Assembly: GCA_040285855.1 (NCBI GenBank)
Contig: JAUFOQ010000002.1
Location: forward strand, 3,410,001 to 3,474,000
DNA length: 64,000 bases
Direction of reading: 5' to 3'
Source: Eukaryota sp. GEM-RC1
Lineage: Eukaryota
Both the position numbers and the translations under genes were made by a program. Positions 50,701 to 62,799 of the stretch are shown here, piece after piece (the first letter of the stretch is position 1; each line of letters opens with the position of its first letter). The notes below the pieces were generated by a model. The model worked only from the letters and a program-made list of their open reading frames with translations. It was not told where the DNA came from and ran no database searches.

Positions 50701-50860
50701 TATTAAACATTAACCTTCACACAAAGCTTGGACAATTTCTCAACTAATCGAGAGAAAAAGAATGGTATATGGAAAACACTAAATCGAAATCCTTGAAAAA
50801 TTGATCACCAGCAGGACTAATAGATCCAAAAAGAGAAACAGCAAAAGGTTGAAACACTGA
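50680..50860 (-). mobile_element. Right part of the interrupted family B retrotransposon
   Basis: CGGTAAAAGATCACGTTATTAAACATTAACCTTCACAC...GATCACCAGCAGGACTAATAGATCC matches 45345-45580 with a deletion. Confidence 0.85.
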
Positions 50861-51600
50861 TTTTAAGCTTGGAAATTATATATGCGAGTACCTTTAGCTT
50901 TGTTTCCTGCAGAATTGCTGTACAATTCTGAATATGTTTTTAGTCATCGTCGCATTTTAGACATGTACTTAATTGTCCCAACTTTATTCAATTTCCTTTC
51001 AGTTCTTCATAATGCTGTCGGAGATGTTACATTTGAAATGTTCAAAGCTCATGGATTGCATGCCAAAGTTGAACCTTTATTTAATAAGTTGGGTCTGGAT
51101 TCAATAAATAATTCTCGTCGAGGTGACTTACGTGGTCCTTTTATTGATTCTAGTCAAATTCTCCTTGACAATACAACAGTAGATCCATGTGTTCAAACTT
51201 ATGTTAATGACTTAAATTCAAAAGGTTTCAATCACCTAGTAACAGCTTAAAAACGTAAAATTGATTTGTATTCCTAAGATGTTGCTGAACTCAATCAAAT
51301 TTATATTGACAATTATTATTTGTTTCGTTTGCTATTTTTATTTTTGGTAGTACAGTATTGGTGAAATGGCTTCTAAGTTTTTAATTGATTTTGGATCTAT
51401 GTGTAAGTCCCAGAATAGGATATTCTTGTTTTCAATTTTACATAACCGCTTGACTTTTTCTTTGTTCCGTTCTGTGCCTATGTTTTTTAAATCAATTTTC
51501 ACAGAGTTGTATACAAACTGTGGTATTGTTGACCAGGAATTTTCGGTGTTTAGTGCTTATATTATGATATGTATTGTTGTACCATTCATCAATAAACTGA
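50860..51600 (+). mobile_element. Family C non-LTR 3' fragment
   Basis: LFPAELL...LHNAVGDVTFEMFKAHG...NNSRRGDL, similar to 23640-24170 in inverted orientation. Confidence 0.85.
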
Positions 51601-52166
51601 TTTGCAATCTGATTTTTGATTTGATTCTTCCACTTGCGAGTCCTACTTGGGATGCTTGAGTTTTTCAGCTGTAGTTGACGGATTAAATGAAGAATCCATT
51701 ATCCTACTAACACAAGACTACAAAACTGATTATTGACGGTACAAAAATACATATAATAATAGAAGCTATGAAACTAAACACAAGACTTGTTACAAACTTT
51801 AACTGTGTCAAAATGCATTTATGGTTGACTCGATTTTAGTCACCAAATAATTAACTGCTTGCTAATGGTAACAACACCAGAACCATGGAAGATCTTGAAA
51901 AAGCTGCAGTGAACAATGAGTCTATACTTGTCCTTCTATTCTAAGACAGTAAAATTAGAAAACTGTTAAGAAGGCAAGAGCTCTTTTTCTCAGATCCAAT
52001 TTGTAAAAATGCAAAAGTACATGTATGGTGATATTTTAAAATTTTCATTCTAGTTGTGTGTTTAGAGACACCAAAAGATTGACGTCTACGATTGTGTTAC
52101 ACTAAAGAGCAACACACAAGTCTATAACGGAGATCTCTTCAACTTTGTTTGAAACCTACGAATCCT

Positions 52167-52998
52167 ATGCTGTACATCAAATCTATCTCGTTTTTGGTTT
52201 TGGGGAATGTCTTTGTCCTGTTTACTAGCCCCATTGATTCAACTAGCTACATTAGTTACTTCATGGCTTCTAACTAACACCCTGAATCCCATACCCGGCG
52301 AAAAGTTCCCAGTCATCTCCAAGACACATCTGTATGTATACTCTCATTAAATCTAACATTAGTTATTGGCCACAATCCATAGTATGTTTTTCAGTCATTG
52401 CTAATCGTCGATTTTTGTCATTGGAAGTACCATTTCAGCTGTTCTATTTTGCTTAAATGCAGACAAGGTGTCGTCCATTGTTGAAAGAGAATCAAAGACC
52501 ACTACTTGTTTAGTTGGTTATAGACCGTTTCCACTTCTCGGACATCCTTTGTTCCTCAGATTCGTCATCTTTGCGTGTGGAGGTTTGGGCCATTTCTTCT
52601 TTCCCATGTTAGCGATATATAGTTTGGAAAATGCCCACACTGAACATTGGATCGTTGCCGGCATTTTTGCTCTATCAGCAGCTCTTGAAATGATCACTGT
52701 TTTCCTTGTTCTTGAGATCAATTCTTACTACCTGAGATCCTTCAGAAGCCCAGCAAACATGGGTTCACAGCTGATGTTCCTGCCGGCAAAAACTTTAGCT
52801 TCTAGAAATAGCCTGCTCCTCAAGGTCGCTTGCATAATAACTTCTGCATTGAGTATTCTTTCATATGTCTACCTACGATTCTATTGTCTTTCTTTGAAGC
52901 TATACTGTGATTACTATGCCATATCACAGTATACCAGTGTCTTGTCCATTTTGGTGTTTAGAAGCACCTATATCATTGAAATTTTAAATTCTGAATAA
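52167..52998 (+). CDS. Frag1/DRAM/Sfk1 (PGAP2-like) membrane protein; exon structure partly uncertain
   Basis: PVISKT..., probable 31-nt intron 52332-52362, EHWIVAGIF, YAISQY; multiple TM segments. Confidence 0.55.
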
Positions 52999-53042
52999 TT
53001 TTAAGGCAAAAAATAAAAAACTAACTAGAACTTTCAAAAAAA

Positions 53043-54389
53043 CTATGAACAACACTGAAGTTGTACAGAAGCAATACTAGATATTGAAACTGAAGAAGTT
53101 TCGGAAGGACTAAATATACAACAATCTGAATCATGACATAAACATCGACATTGGTAAAAGAAAGAGTGGGGAATCAAAAACGATGGACATTCTGATAGAT
53201 CAAAAATAACGTCATGGAACTCACAGACTGAGTGAATAGAGATCAGCTCTGAGAGTCTAGTCAGAGCTATGGCATCTAATGGAGATGAACAATTAACAAT
53301 TTTCAAATTTTCAACCCGGGAACAGGTCTTCAACAACTTGTAAACAACGCTAAAATCAGTAACAGACACTTCAACAGAAGAAAACGAAACAAAACTATTT
53401 TCAGATACACGTTTAGTCAAAAGAACGAGCTGATTTAGAATTTTGGCAAAGTCAACGTGTTTCTTAGACGAGTCTGGAGATTTCTTTTGAACCAATCGTA
53501 CTGATGACGTGGAAGTCTTGGAACACCGTACAAAACAGGTGAAATTCTTAGTGTCTAATGATACATCTATTTCATTCAAATCTTCCAAAGAGATGAATTG
53601 ATGTAACTGTTGGAACTTTGAGCAAGGAATTCCTCCAGTGATTTTGAGACTCTTTTTCATGGTGGAAACGTCAACATCGGTGGAATTCAAAAGACCAGAA
53701 AGTACATGAGGCAGGCAACAATGGAGATGATTAATGATGACTTTGGAGTCTATTTCAAGGGAGCTAAGACGATGTGAAGAGAGAATAGTGAACAGGGATT
53801 TGAGTTGGGAGCATGAAAAGACTTGTTTAGGTGACGAAGCTAGGAGAGCAAAGTGAGAGAGAGTGGGAGGTTGACTGGCAAACCAGCGGAGGAAGGGATC
53901 AAACGTAGCAGACGTAGAGCGTAGAGAGAGTGACGTATGGTGGGGGGAAAGCTTTTGCCAGACTTGGGAGAGATAAGGCCAGTCATTTGTGTCAATTAAA
54001 ACATTGGCCAAACGGGGAAACCAGGATGAACTGTGGCACGATGACGCGGATAGCGGCGGGGCAGATATTGTGCAGCGCGCGGGAAGATCGGTGGAGCATG
54101 ATCTCAATGAGTACAGGAATCCTTGGTGAGAGAGGGATGAGTCGCAGTGGAGGCGTTGGATGTTAGTGCAACGGGTTAACAGCTGGGGAACGGCAGAGTA
54201 TCGGTGGATATACTGGCCAATCGGTCCGTCGATGGCAAATGAAGTGATGTCAAGAAGTGTATTCGAAACAATGAGGTCGAAGAATCGGGAAACACCACAG
54301 AGGCGCTGAAGTAAACATGGGGAGGCATGTGCGAAAACACTAGGCAGAATCGATTGGGGGCAGGCGAAAGCAACTGAGCGTGAGGTCAT
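53043..54389 (-). CDS. F-box-like/LRR protein
   Basis: N-terminal PQSILPSVFAH...LCGVSRFF resembles an F-box; degenerate LxxLxL repeats follow. Confidence 0.55.
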   Translation of the reverse strand: MTSRSVAFACPQSILPSVFAHASPCLLQRLCGVSRFFDLIVSNTLLDITSFAIDGPIGQYIHRYSAVPQLLTRCTNIQRLHCDSSLSHQGFLYSLRSCSTDLPARCTISAPPLSASSCHSSSWFPRLANVLIDTNDWPYLSQVWQKLSPHHTSLSLRSTSATFDPFLRWFASQPPTLSHFALLASSPKQVFSCSQLKSLFTILSSHRLSSLEIDSKVIINHLHCCLPHVLSGLLNSTDVDVSTMKKSLKITGGIPCSKFQQLHQFISLEDLNEIDVSLDTKNFTCFVRCSKTSTSSVRLVQKKSPDSSKKHVDFAKILNQLVLLTKRVSENSFVSFSSVEVSVTDFSVVYKLLKTCSRVENLKIVNCSSPLDAIALTRLSELISIHSVCEFHDVIFDLSECPSFLIPHSFFYQCRCLCHDSDCCIFSPSETSSVSISSIASVQLQCCS

Positions 54390-54778
54390 CCAATGTATAA
54401 TCCCTTTTCGGGTAGCGAGAATAGAAGTCAGTACTCAAGAGGGAGGAAAAAGGGAAGGAATTGTAATCGTCCTTCATCAAATTAGCAACACAATCCTTTT
54501 CGAGAAATCTTCTCCCCATTCCGATATTGACGAAATCTCTTCTCTGATGTCGGCTCCATTGAGGAGAATAAACACAGCAAATTTATCTTTCTCAGTCCAA
54601 CTTTTGAGAGAGGTTGAGATCAAATGACTACTGAACAATAGAGTAAAGGAAGGTTCATAACTGCGGAAACATCAGAAATAGGTTCACGATTCTGTTGAAA
54701 TTGTCCATACAATATGAACCAAATTGTTCCCTATACCGGGATCAAAGTTCTTCATTCAAAGTTCTTCATTTCCAGAGA

Positions 54779-55255
54779 TCACTGCAACTGCTGGGCAAGT
54801 CCTCTCAAAGACGAGAGTCCAACATCACCTACTTTTTTGGTGTCTCTGTTCTCCTTATACTGTACATGTGCCTGTCGTGCAGAATACCATTTGACAGGGT
54901 CATCTTTGAATAAAGTGTCCATAAGATTGTCAGGATTACGAGTGCTCTTATCGGAGACACCATAAGCAACACCTTCTAGAAACTCTATGGCCATGTCATA
55001 CAAAACCTCCATTGTTTGAAGATTTGAAGGTCTTCTGTCACCACAAGCTTCTAGTAGCTGAGCAATACATTCAAGAGCTTCATCTTTATCTTTAGTTGAT
55101 ATTGTTGGAAGTGTATCATCATGAGATTGATCAGGTGTTTGCATAATAAAAGGATGTTTTACTGGTACGGTAGGTGTTGTAGTTTGAGAACTAGAATAAT
55201 TGACTTTTTCCGTTTCCTCTAAATCATTAACTGCCATTCTACTAGTAGAACCCAT
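54779..55255 (-). CDS. TAF13: TAF13-like histone-fold protein (TFIID 18-kDa family)
   Basis: IAQLLEACGD...TMEVLYDMAIEFL...LFKDDPVK. Confidence 0.6.
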   Translation of the reverse strand: MGSTSRMAVNDLEETEKVNYSSSQTTTPTVPVKHPFIMQTPDQSHDDTLPTISTKDKDEALECIAQLLEACGDRRPSNLQTMEVLYDMAIEFLEGVAYGVSDKSTRNPDNLMDTLFKDDPVKWYSARQAHVQYKENRDTKKVGDVGLSSLRGLAQQLQ

Positions 55256-55276
55256 CGTTCAGTATTTTCCCACAGC

Positions 55277-58254
55277 ATGGACGATTTCTTTGAGTTAACA
55301 GAACTCATCAACCTTGATGAGGGAATTGTTACATCACGATCTCCTATCAATTCCCCTAAACCTTTCATATTATCTGCTTCACACACCAATGTAGACTCTT
55401 TCACCCTCTCTCTATTCGCTTTATCCAACAACAACCTTCTTTTACTATTTTCCTCACAAACCTGCATGAAGAGTGTCCGTCTATTCCCACCAGTCCCTTC
55501 TGACAATCCCTCCATCTCCTCGGTTGCTCTAACTCAGGATGGTGAACAAGCTATCATAATCACTGACTCCTTCCAACTTTTCTCTCTCTCCCTCACCCCC
55601 TTCTACCCTTCATTCATACCTGGATCAACCTCTTCCTACCCTCCCAACCAACCTCTCTACAAATCTCACTCTTGGGGTCTCTTCACTGCCACTGCTCAGT
55701 CTCTGAAGTCCCAGTCAAGTAATAGGAGGATATTAGGGTTGTTTGCTTTCTCAAAGAAAGAGGATGTTAAGGAGTCACTGTATCTGATATTGGTGCCGGC
55801 AAAATCTCAAAATTTAAAAAAATTCGGAATTGAAAATTTGGATAATTACTGTTGCCACTGGATCTGTTATAACTGTTCCGATTAAGGAAGGAGAGTTTTG
55901 ACTGGGTCAATAATCAATCGTAATCAAGAGCTCCTTTTTGTCTATCAAACTTCAATCAAAAACTCAATCACGACATCAGCAATCAGGTTAAAAACTGTAT
56001 TAGAATCCAAACCACAGGACCATTTTTCTCTAATCAGTTTATCACCTTCAATCATCCAACACGTGTCTGAAAAGAACTGTCTGGCAACCCTTGTGATTAA
56101 AGGAAACTTGCCTGGGAATAATGACTCTTTTGTGACTTTAAAACCAATCCCATCGTCATCAATCTTTCATGATCGATTGGGGTCGAAATCATTGATTGGA
56201 GAGTGTTTTGATGTCTATAAAGCTGTCCCCTTGTCCACGTTTCTGCTCCAATCAGAAGTGATTGGTGATTCAGAACCTTCCTTTGTCATCCCTCTATCCA
56301 CTCTTCTGATTGTCGTGATTGATAATGGGTCAAGCTCAGTCATTTACGGACTTTCCCTTTCCAAAGCTATGTTGAGTGCAGCTGACGTTTTGAATTCATT
56401 GTCTTTATTTGGATCTAGAGCAGATCAATGTGATGATTGTCTTTTGTTTAAGAAAGTTCTACCGAGTAACACTTTTATTCGTGGATATTTTGTGTTTCAG
56501 AACAGAAACGGAAAGAAATTGTCGATGATTGGTAGTGATTGTGTGTGTTTTTGGACTTCCAAGACAGTTTTTATGTTGACTGAGCAGAATTGTATGGGTC
56601 ATTATTTAGAATCAAAACTTCTGAATGATGGTCATTTTTTAAATAATTTTGAAAATATTTCAACTTTATTTGATCCAAAATTTGTAGGTGAATTTCAACA
56701 GCTTTGTTATGATCTGTCTTTTAAAATTTTGGAAAATTTTGAAACTTCTCAATCAGATGTTCATTTTGATCAATTAGAACTCTCTGTTAAGCTCTTTGTG
56801 AAGTCAAAATCTACTAAAATTATCGACTACATTGAAATTATTCTATCAAAGTTTAATGATTATCGAATTGCTGATCTTTTCTTTTCTCTATTCCGTTTTG
56901 AATCTCTAAATCCAAATAATAATTCTTTGGGTTTAATTGTTTTGTTGTGTTTAGTTGCCGCTCTTTTGGTTCAGATTCGATTAATTTAAGAACAGAAGAA
57001 AATATTCAAAAATTGACTTCGTTTTTGACTGTTGTGGATGTATCGAATTTGCCTGACAAATATTTGAAGATTTATACCAAGTTAAAAAGCTTAACTCTTT
57101 GCGTGTTGTTGTCAAACCCTTTTTCTGATGAATTCTGTCTGGATTTCAATTATTCCCAAATATTTTCAAATTTAAATTTATCGCATTGTCTTCCATCACA
57201 CCACAGACTTTCTGCTATTTTCTTGAAAAAGGCATTATCCACGAATATTTCAATTATTCCTGTTATGCTTCCGTTTGTTAAAGTTTCTTCATTGCCTCTG
57301 TTGTCGAATTTGTCTGATAAAACGTCACCACAATCACCACTGGCAATCAATAGCTCAAAAAGATCACGGGCTTACTCTATTGCAATCAACAATCAACAAA
57401 AATCCAAGCTGATGATGAATGCCAATCAATCAGAGTCTGTGCTAGTTGCCTGTCATGTTTTTGAGCTCCATTTACTTTCCGTTTTGATGATGAATGTGCA
57501 ATCATCGACGATAACTCACAGTATACTCGATAATTGTAGAGCGTTCTTCTGGAATTCTTTTCTTTTGGATTTTAAAAGGTTCAAAATTCTACATCATCAA
57601 TCAAAAATGGTTGGTGCGTTTGATTTGGCGTTTTATTATTTCTTAAAGAATTCGGATCACGATGTGCGAAGCATTGTTAATGAATTTAAGAGTCTTGTAA
57701 AGATCTGTTTTTCAGGTAGCATTAGGAGAAACATTTACAAATATTTTTTAAATTATTTGAATTCGGCTCCTAGTTCTGAAATTGATGATCTTGAACAGTT
57801 TATTCAAACATCACCTTCACCAGAAATTTTAAAATTCATTGAATTTTGTCTCGACTCTCTCTCAAGCGATTCACTGCCATTTTCTCTAGACTTTTTAATA
57901 TTTATGGAAAATTTGTTTTTGGAAGAACAAAAGTCAATTTCGGTCTCATTAGATGCAATAAGTCTTTCTTTTGCAAACTCAAGTCGACCAATTTCAAACT
58001 TTTTTAAATTTTGTACACCTTCTAATTCCTTCAATTCTAGTTTCCAATCGCTTTCTCTAACTGAAAGTAATTGGACTGATGATCTTTGCGCATTTTCTTG
58101 TGGGCATTTGATGTCCGGTGTTGATGTGTCTCAAGAGTATCAGCAATTGTTGATCACGGAAGTTGATAGTCATTTGATTGACGAGTTTATTTCCCGGTTT
58201 TCTTTTAAAACTGGTGTTCTGACAACGTGTTGTCCGCGATGTTGGCTAAGCTGA
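55277..58254 (+). CDS. Large hypothetical protein (~990 aa; two frameshifts) with predicted beta-rich N-terminus, helical middle and C-terminal Cys/His zinc-binding motif
   Basis: Three consecutive same-strand ORFs; C-terminal AFSCGHL...CCPRCW. Confidence 0.6.
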
Positions 58255-60530
58255 GATATTTAAAATTTGTTAGTTGTGTTTAGTCCGTCTATGTAGTTTT
58301 TCTTGTTATTTATTATTTTGTATATATTTGTTTAATCTCTTCTTCAAGTCTCTTTTTTAAGATGTGTTATTCTTTGGTTTTTAAACAATGAAAAGTTTTG
58401 AGTAATTCAATCATCAATTTAATTGGAATTGTCATTAATTTCGAACGTCTTTGTTTTTAATATAGATAAGCGTGTACAAGGAAACATTGGGATGCACGCT
58501 TTTATTGAATGCTTGTTACATGTTTTTTTTGAATAGAAATGCTAACATTCACACCAAACTTGTATAGTTTCTCAACTAAACTAGAGCGATTGTATGGCAA
58601 ATCTTAATGGCGGAAACACGTTTCGTGCAACACTAAAAAACGGGGTTTATGATCAATCAGTGAAATAAATGCATTTGCAGAAATTAATGCAACACTATAA
58701 TACACACAGTCAAATACATAAATATTTCCAACCAGTCTTTCTGCTAGTGGTAATCTTGAGTTGACTTATGCCCATATCAATTGTTAACCTAAGTCTACAT
58801 GATTTACACTGTCTTGAACAACAATCTGGCATCTTAGCTTTGCCATGTTCTCCGTCACATCCTCTATTCCAAACTTCACTTCCTTTACAAACTCCGAAGG
58901 CTGTCACTAGCTTGGGAACCCCAAAAGAGCATCTTCTTGACAGTAGAATCGCTTCCTTTCTTACTTCTCCTGTTGTTATTCCTATACTCGATTCACCTGA
59001 GTCTGTGGCTGTTCATCAAACTTCACAGCTTTCTATCTCTTACGCAGTTCCTTCTGATGATGAGCCACATTCTGATGACGTTAGCGATGACCCTATGGAT
59101 TGTAGTTCTGAAATGGAAATGTCTGATTAGTTATGTACTTTTTTTCAAGAAACAGTTTTTGTAGAAGACTTGTATTCATTTGGTTGGTTGATTGGCAGGC
59201 TTCTTTCATTTCTTTAAGTGAAAGGTATCACTTCATCAAGATATCTCTTATTGGAAGGACCTCTCCTGATCTTTGTCTTATCACATCATCAAAATGAGTA
59301 GAACTTGGGATTCTTCCCAATTCAAATCAACATTGCTTTGTTCAAACAACACTAGTAAACCTCCACTCAAGACACTTCAACCCAATCATCAGACGTCATC
59401 TTCAACCCAATCATCTTTGAACACTCCCTTTCCAATGGAATCTCCAACAATTCGATGGGGTCAAAAAAGGTCGTTTTCAGACCATCGCAACCTAGATTAG
59501 TTAACAAAGTTGTAGAAAGAGCGGAGAGAAAGCCGTTCTTTATTGGGAAAACTTGTCTATTTATGTGATAAATATGTCCAAATTTGAATTCGATTTTCAG
59601 CTGTCCAGATCACTCCCATTAGTAATTCTTTTACAACTAAAAACACAGACTTTTCAACACCTTTCTCCTAGTATATTATAAAAGATATCCTAATAGAATA
59701 TCTGAATTCCTTCAAGATACTTCCACATTTCCTTTAATGAGATACCCAAGGTTACTTTTCAAAGACATCAACTTCTTGTAAGTACTCTTCTGAACCTCAA
59801 TACAGGCTACACACGTCACACAGTGATTCTATTGACGATATTGCCCAAAGGATAAACCCCAGAGATGGTATAAGTCCAGATAGAGATCCGTTCAACGTTG
59901 AGCTTCCATCAAGAAAAATAGGTATTCATCTTTCAAGATTTGAAGGCACAAGCGGAGCTAGAGTATTGGAACTACGGGAGGGAGAGGAAGGATGGTCACC
60001 AGCACTGTTTTTTAAACATTTACAAGACAAGCTTTTGGGGGTGTCATTTGGTGGAGTAGCAAGCATCAAGTCGCTTAAGTACGTTGGTCTGACTCACGCT
60101 GACGACGGAGACGAATTACCTGTTTATAGATTGGTATTAGAAGATGAACAGGACGATTCTGTGTTCTGATAATTATCTTTTTTTAAAAATATAGCCCTTC
60201 CCAAATTTTTTTTAATGAAATTGTCTGTTTCACAACACAACACCACACGTAGTCACTACAGATCAGCACATCAAGATGCTAGAACAGAAATGTTACAATA
60301 TCTTAATCCCAAATACATTGTAGGTTTGATTGACAACAAATGGTCTCTCTCAATCATTATAGCGAGACTTTTTGTAGACACCCCTGTTTCTGTTAAAGAA
60401 ACTTTACTCTAATATTTCAAAGTAAACCTGCAAATACGTATTTGCATCTGTCTATCAGGAATGTAAAATGAATTAATATATTGCACAATTACAATAAATA
60501 TATTTAATGTTCTCTTATTGTGACATCTCT

Positions 60531-61180
60531 CTTTTTTTTTATACTAGAGTTTATTAAAAATGTAATAGATCAAACAACTAAAACTTGATGTCATTAAAAC
60601 AACACCCGTCGCTATCGAACCTTACAACAGCTTTATCCTCATAAAAGGCACTCACTGCTAATAAAGCTTTGGAGATGATTAGGGGAACTGTTTTAAAAAC
60701 AGTAAAAACGATCCGATTCAACCATAACATATGATCAAAACGTTTGTTCATCCTATTTTTTACGATTTTTCCGAAATCGTTTAAAAAATTCATTGCACTT
60801 TTTCCTAAACGACCGTAAATTGAAACGGCAAGGGGCATAATTCGTATTCAACATGTTTTACATGTTTTAATGCTAGCAATGCTTTTCTGTACTTATCCTG
60901 TTTGGCCTGTTCAGAAATGTCTAAAGGAGAAGTTTCAGACGAAGCGTTCTTTAAAGATGTCTTTTTACAAACATCCACCGACACTACATCAACAACAAAC
61001 AATTTGTCTGAAGAAGAAGGGACAACAACATCTGCTCTCCGTTTACCAAAAAATTGGTTCTGTTTTTCGACATTACAATTATTACTTGGTTCTAAAGATC
61101 TTAAAAGTGGTTCAACAAATGACTCAATTTTGTAAGACTAACACATAACATGTATTTGATCTCTTACAGCATCATGCATA
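60531..61180 (-). mobile_element. Family A non-LTR 3' end with poly(A) tail
   Basis: Near-identical to ~590-1220; the C-terminal 71 aa are identical in the ORF track; T-run at 60532-60540 is the poly(A) on the minus strand. Confidence 0.92.
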
Positions 61181-61922
61181 CACAACCTCTCTCTCAACAA
61201 TATATTAATCTTGAAAACTCAACAATGTTCGATATATTTCAATAAGATAAGATAAGTCAAGGGTATTGATTTTCATTCTGTAACCAGATTTTATCTTGAA
61301 GTCAATTTAGGATAAAGTAGTATTGTTTTGAAGCATTTGAACTCCAAGGTAACAGAGAGCCATGCAGTGACAGTGGCTTAAATAACAGATTGATCAAACG
61401 TAAACAGTAACGAACTAATCAAGATTGAAAATATATTGATTTAAGTTGCATACGTGCAACTAGAAATGAAGACGGGATGCTGTTCTGTAGAGCTAAAAAG
61501 GACTCTAGGAAACAATAAACCAATCTGAGCTCAAAAGTGTTAGGAAAGCAACTGTTCTTGTTGTAAAATGTTGATCTGTGGGATCAATCTACTATTGGAA
61601 ATTTTAATAAAGTATCCTCACACCTCAACCAAATCAGGCAAGAGTTGATGAATTTGATTAAATTCATGTTCCTGGTGATTTGGTACTGTTGTTATTGAAG
61701 ATATATTTATTGTTTTGAATCTAGACATCCAATAAATAGGATAAGATATCAATCCAAACAATATATTTCTTGTTGAATGTCACAACAACAATAAGATTCT
61801 GTTACAAACTACAGTAATGGACAGCTGCTGTGTATTACTGTAGTTTGACAAAATTAAATGCATTCAATAAGGTTTGTACCGTATCAAGTTCTTACAACTA
61901 CTGATTCGAATGAACTAAATTA

Positions 61923-62799
61923 TATGGATGTTAAATGGTTCAGTTCAGAACCGGTTCAGTCGGTTCAGTTCAGTTCATTGAACCGGTTTAGTTCACGATT
62001 TTGATGAACTGAACCGGTTCAGTTCAAGTGTTTGTGAACCGGTTCTGAACCGATTGAACCGATCATTTTTAGATGTTTGAACTAACACATTAAAATATAA
62101 TTATATTAGCACATGCGTTTTTGATAAGGCACCACAGATGTAAATCCAATAGAAAATGGGACATTTATTGAGAAATTGTAGGTTTGTGTACACTGTATAT
62201 TGTTTCCTCCCACCTAGACCGCACTTTACTTATCTTCAAAATCTTCTCTTAACATGATGGACATCTCTGACGATGATTTGTCGTGTTACAGGGTTTCTGA
62301 TAACACTGATGACTCTCAGAATGTTGCTGTTACTATCGATGACTCTTCTTCTGTCATTAATTCAACATTAAACCAACAAACAATCTTATCCTCGTTTATC
62401 ATCTTTATTTTTCTCAAAAGCTTCTATTCAACCCACTAGTGTTGCATCTGAACGTTTATTTTCACTTGCTGGACTTATTGCCAATACAAAGAGGGCGAAA
62501 TTAAGTGAAGAGTCTCTACAATCTCTTGTATGTCTGGACTCATGGCTTAAATCAAACCTAGATTAGTACATGACATGTAGATAACTCTATTTTCAAGCAA
62601 ATAAATTTATGTTTTCGTTCACTTTATTGACAAATTTGAGTTGAAGTCTTTTATTGAGTACACTTATTAAACTGAACCACAGTTCAGAACCGGTTCAGTA
62701 CCAGTTCAGTTCAGTTCAGCGAGGTGGTGAACCGGTTCAGCACCGGTTCATACTAGTAGTGAACTGAACTGAACTGAACCGAACCATTTAACATCCCTA
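61923..62799 (+). mobile_element. Internally deleted non-autonomous hAT DNA transposon
   Basis: TIRs TA(T)GGATGTTAAATGGTTC / GAACCATTTAACATCCCTA; perfect 8-bp TSD CTAAATTA (61915-61922 and 62800-62807); GTTCA and GAACCGGTTC subterminal arrays; dimerisation domain TSVASERLFSLAGLIANTKRAKLSEESLQSLVCLDSWL*. Confidence 0.93.

Noticed and set aside
58768..60412. Short ORFs as real genes
   Set aside because: Fragmentary, no recognisable motifs, and in a decayed region; cannot be supported.
61930..62060. CRISPR-like or telomeric repeat arrays (also 3830-3960, 4610-4750, 62670-62790)
   Set aside because: Short irregular motifs with no repeat-spacer periodicity; they lie inside hAT TIRs and are subterminal repeats.
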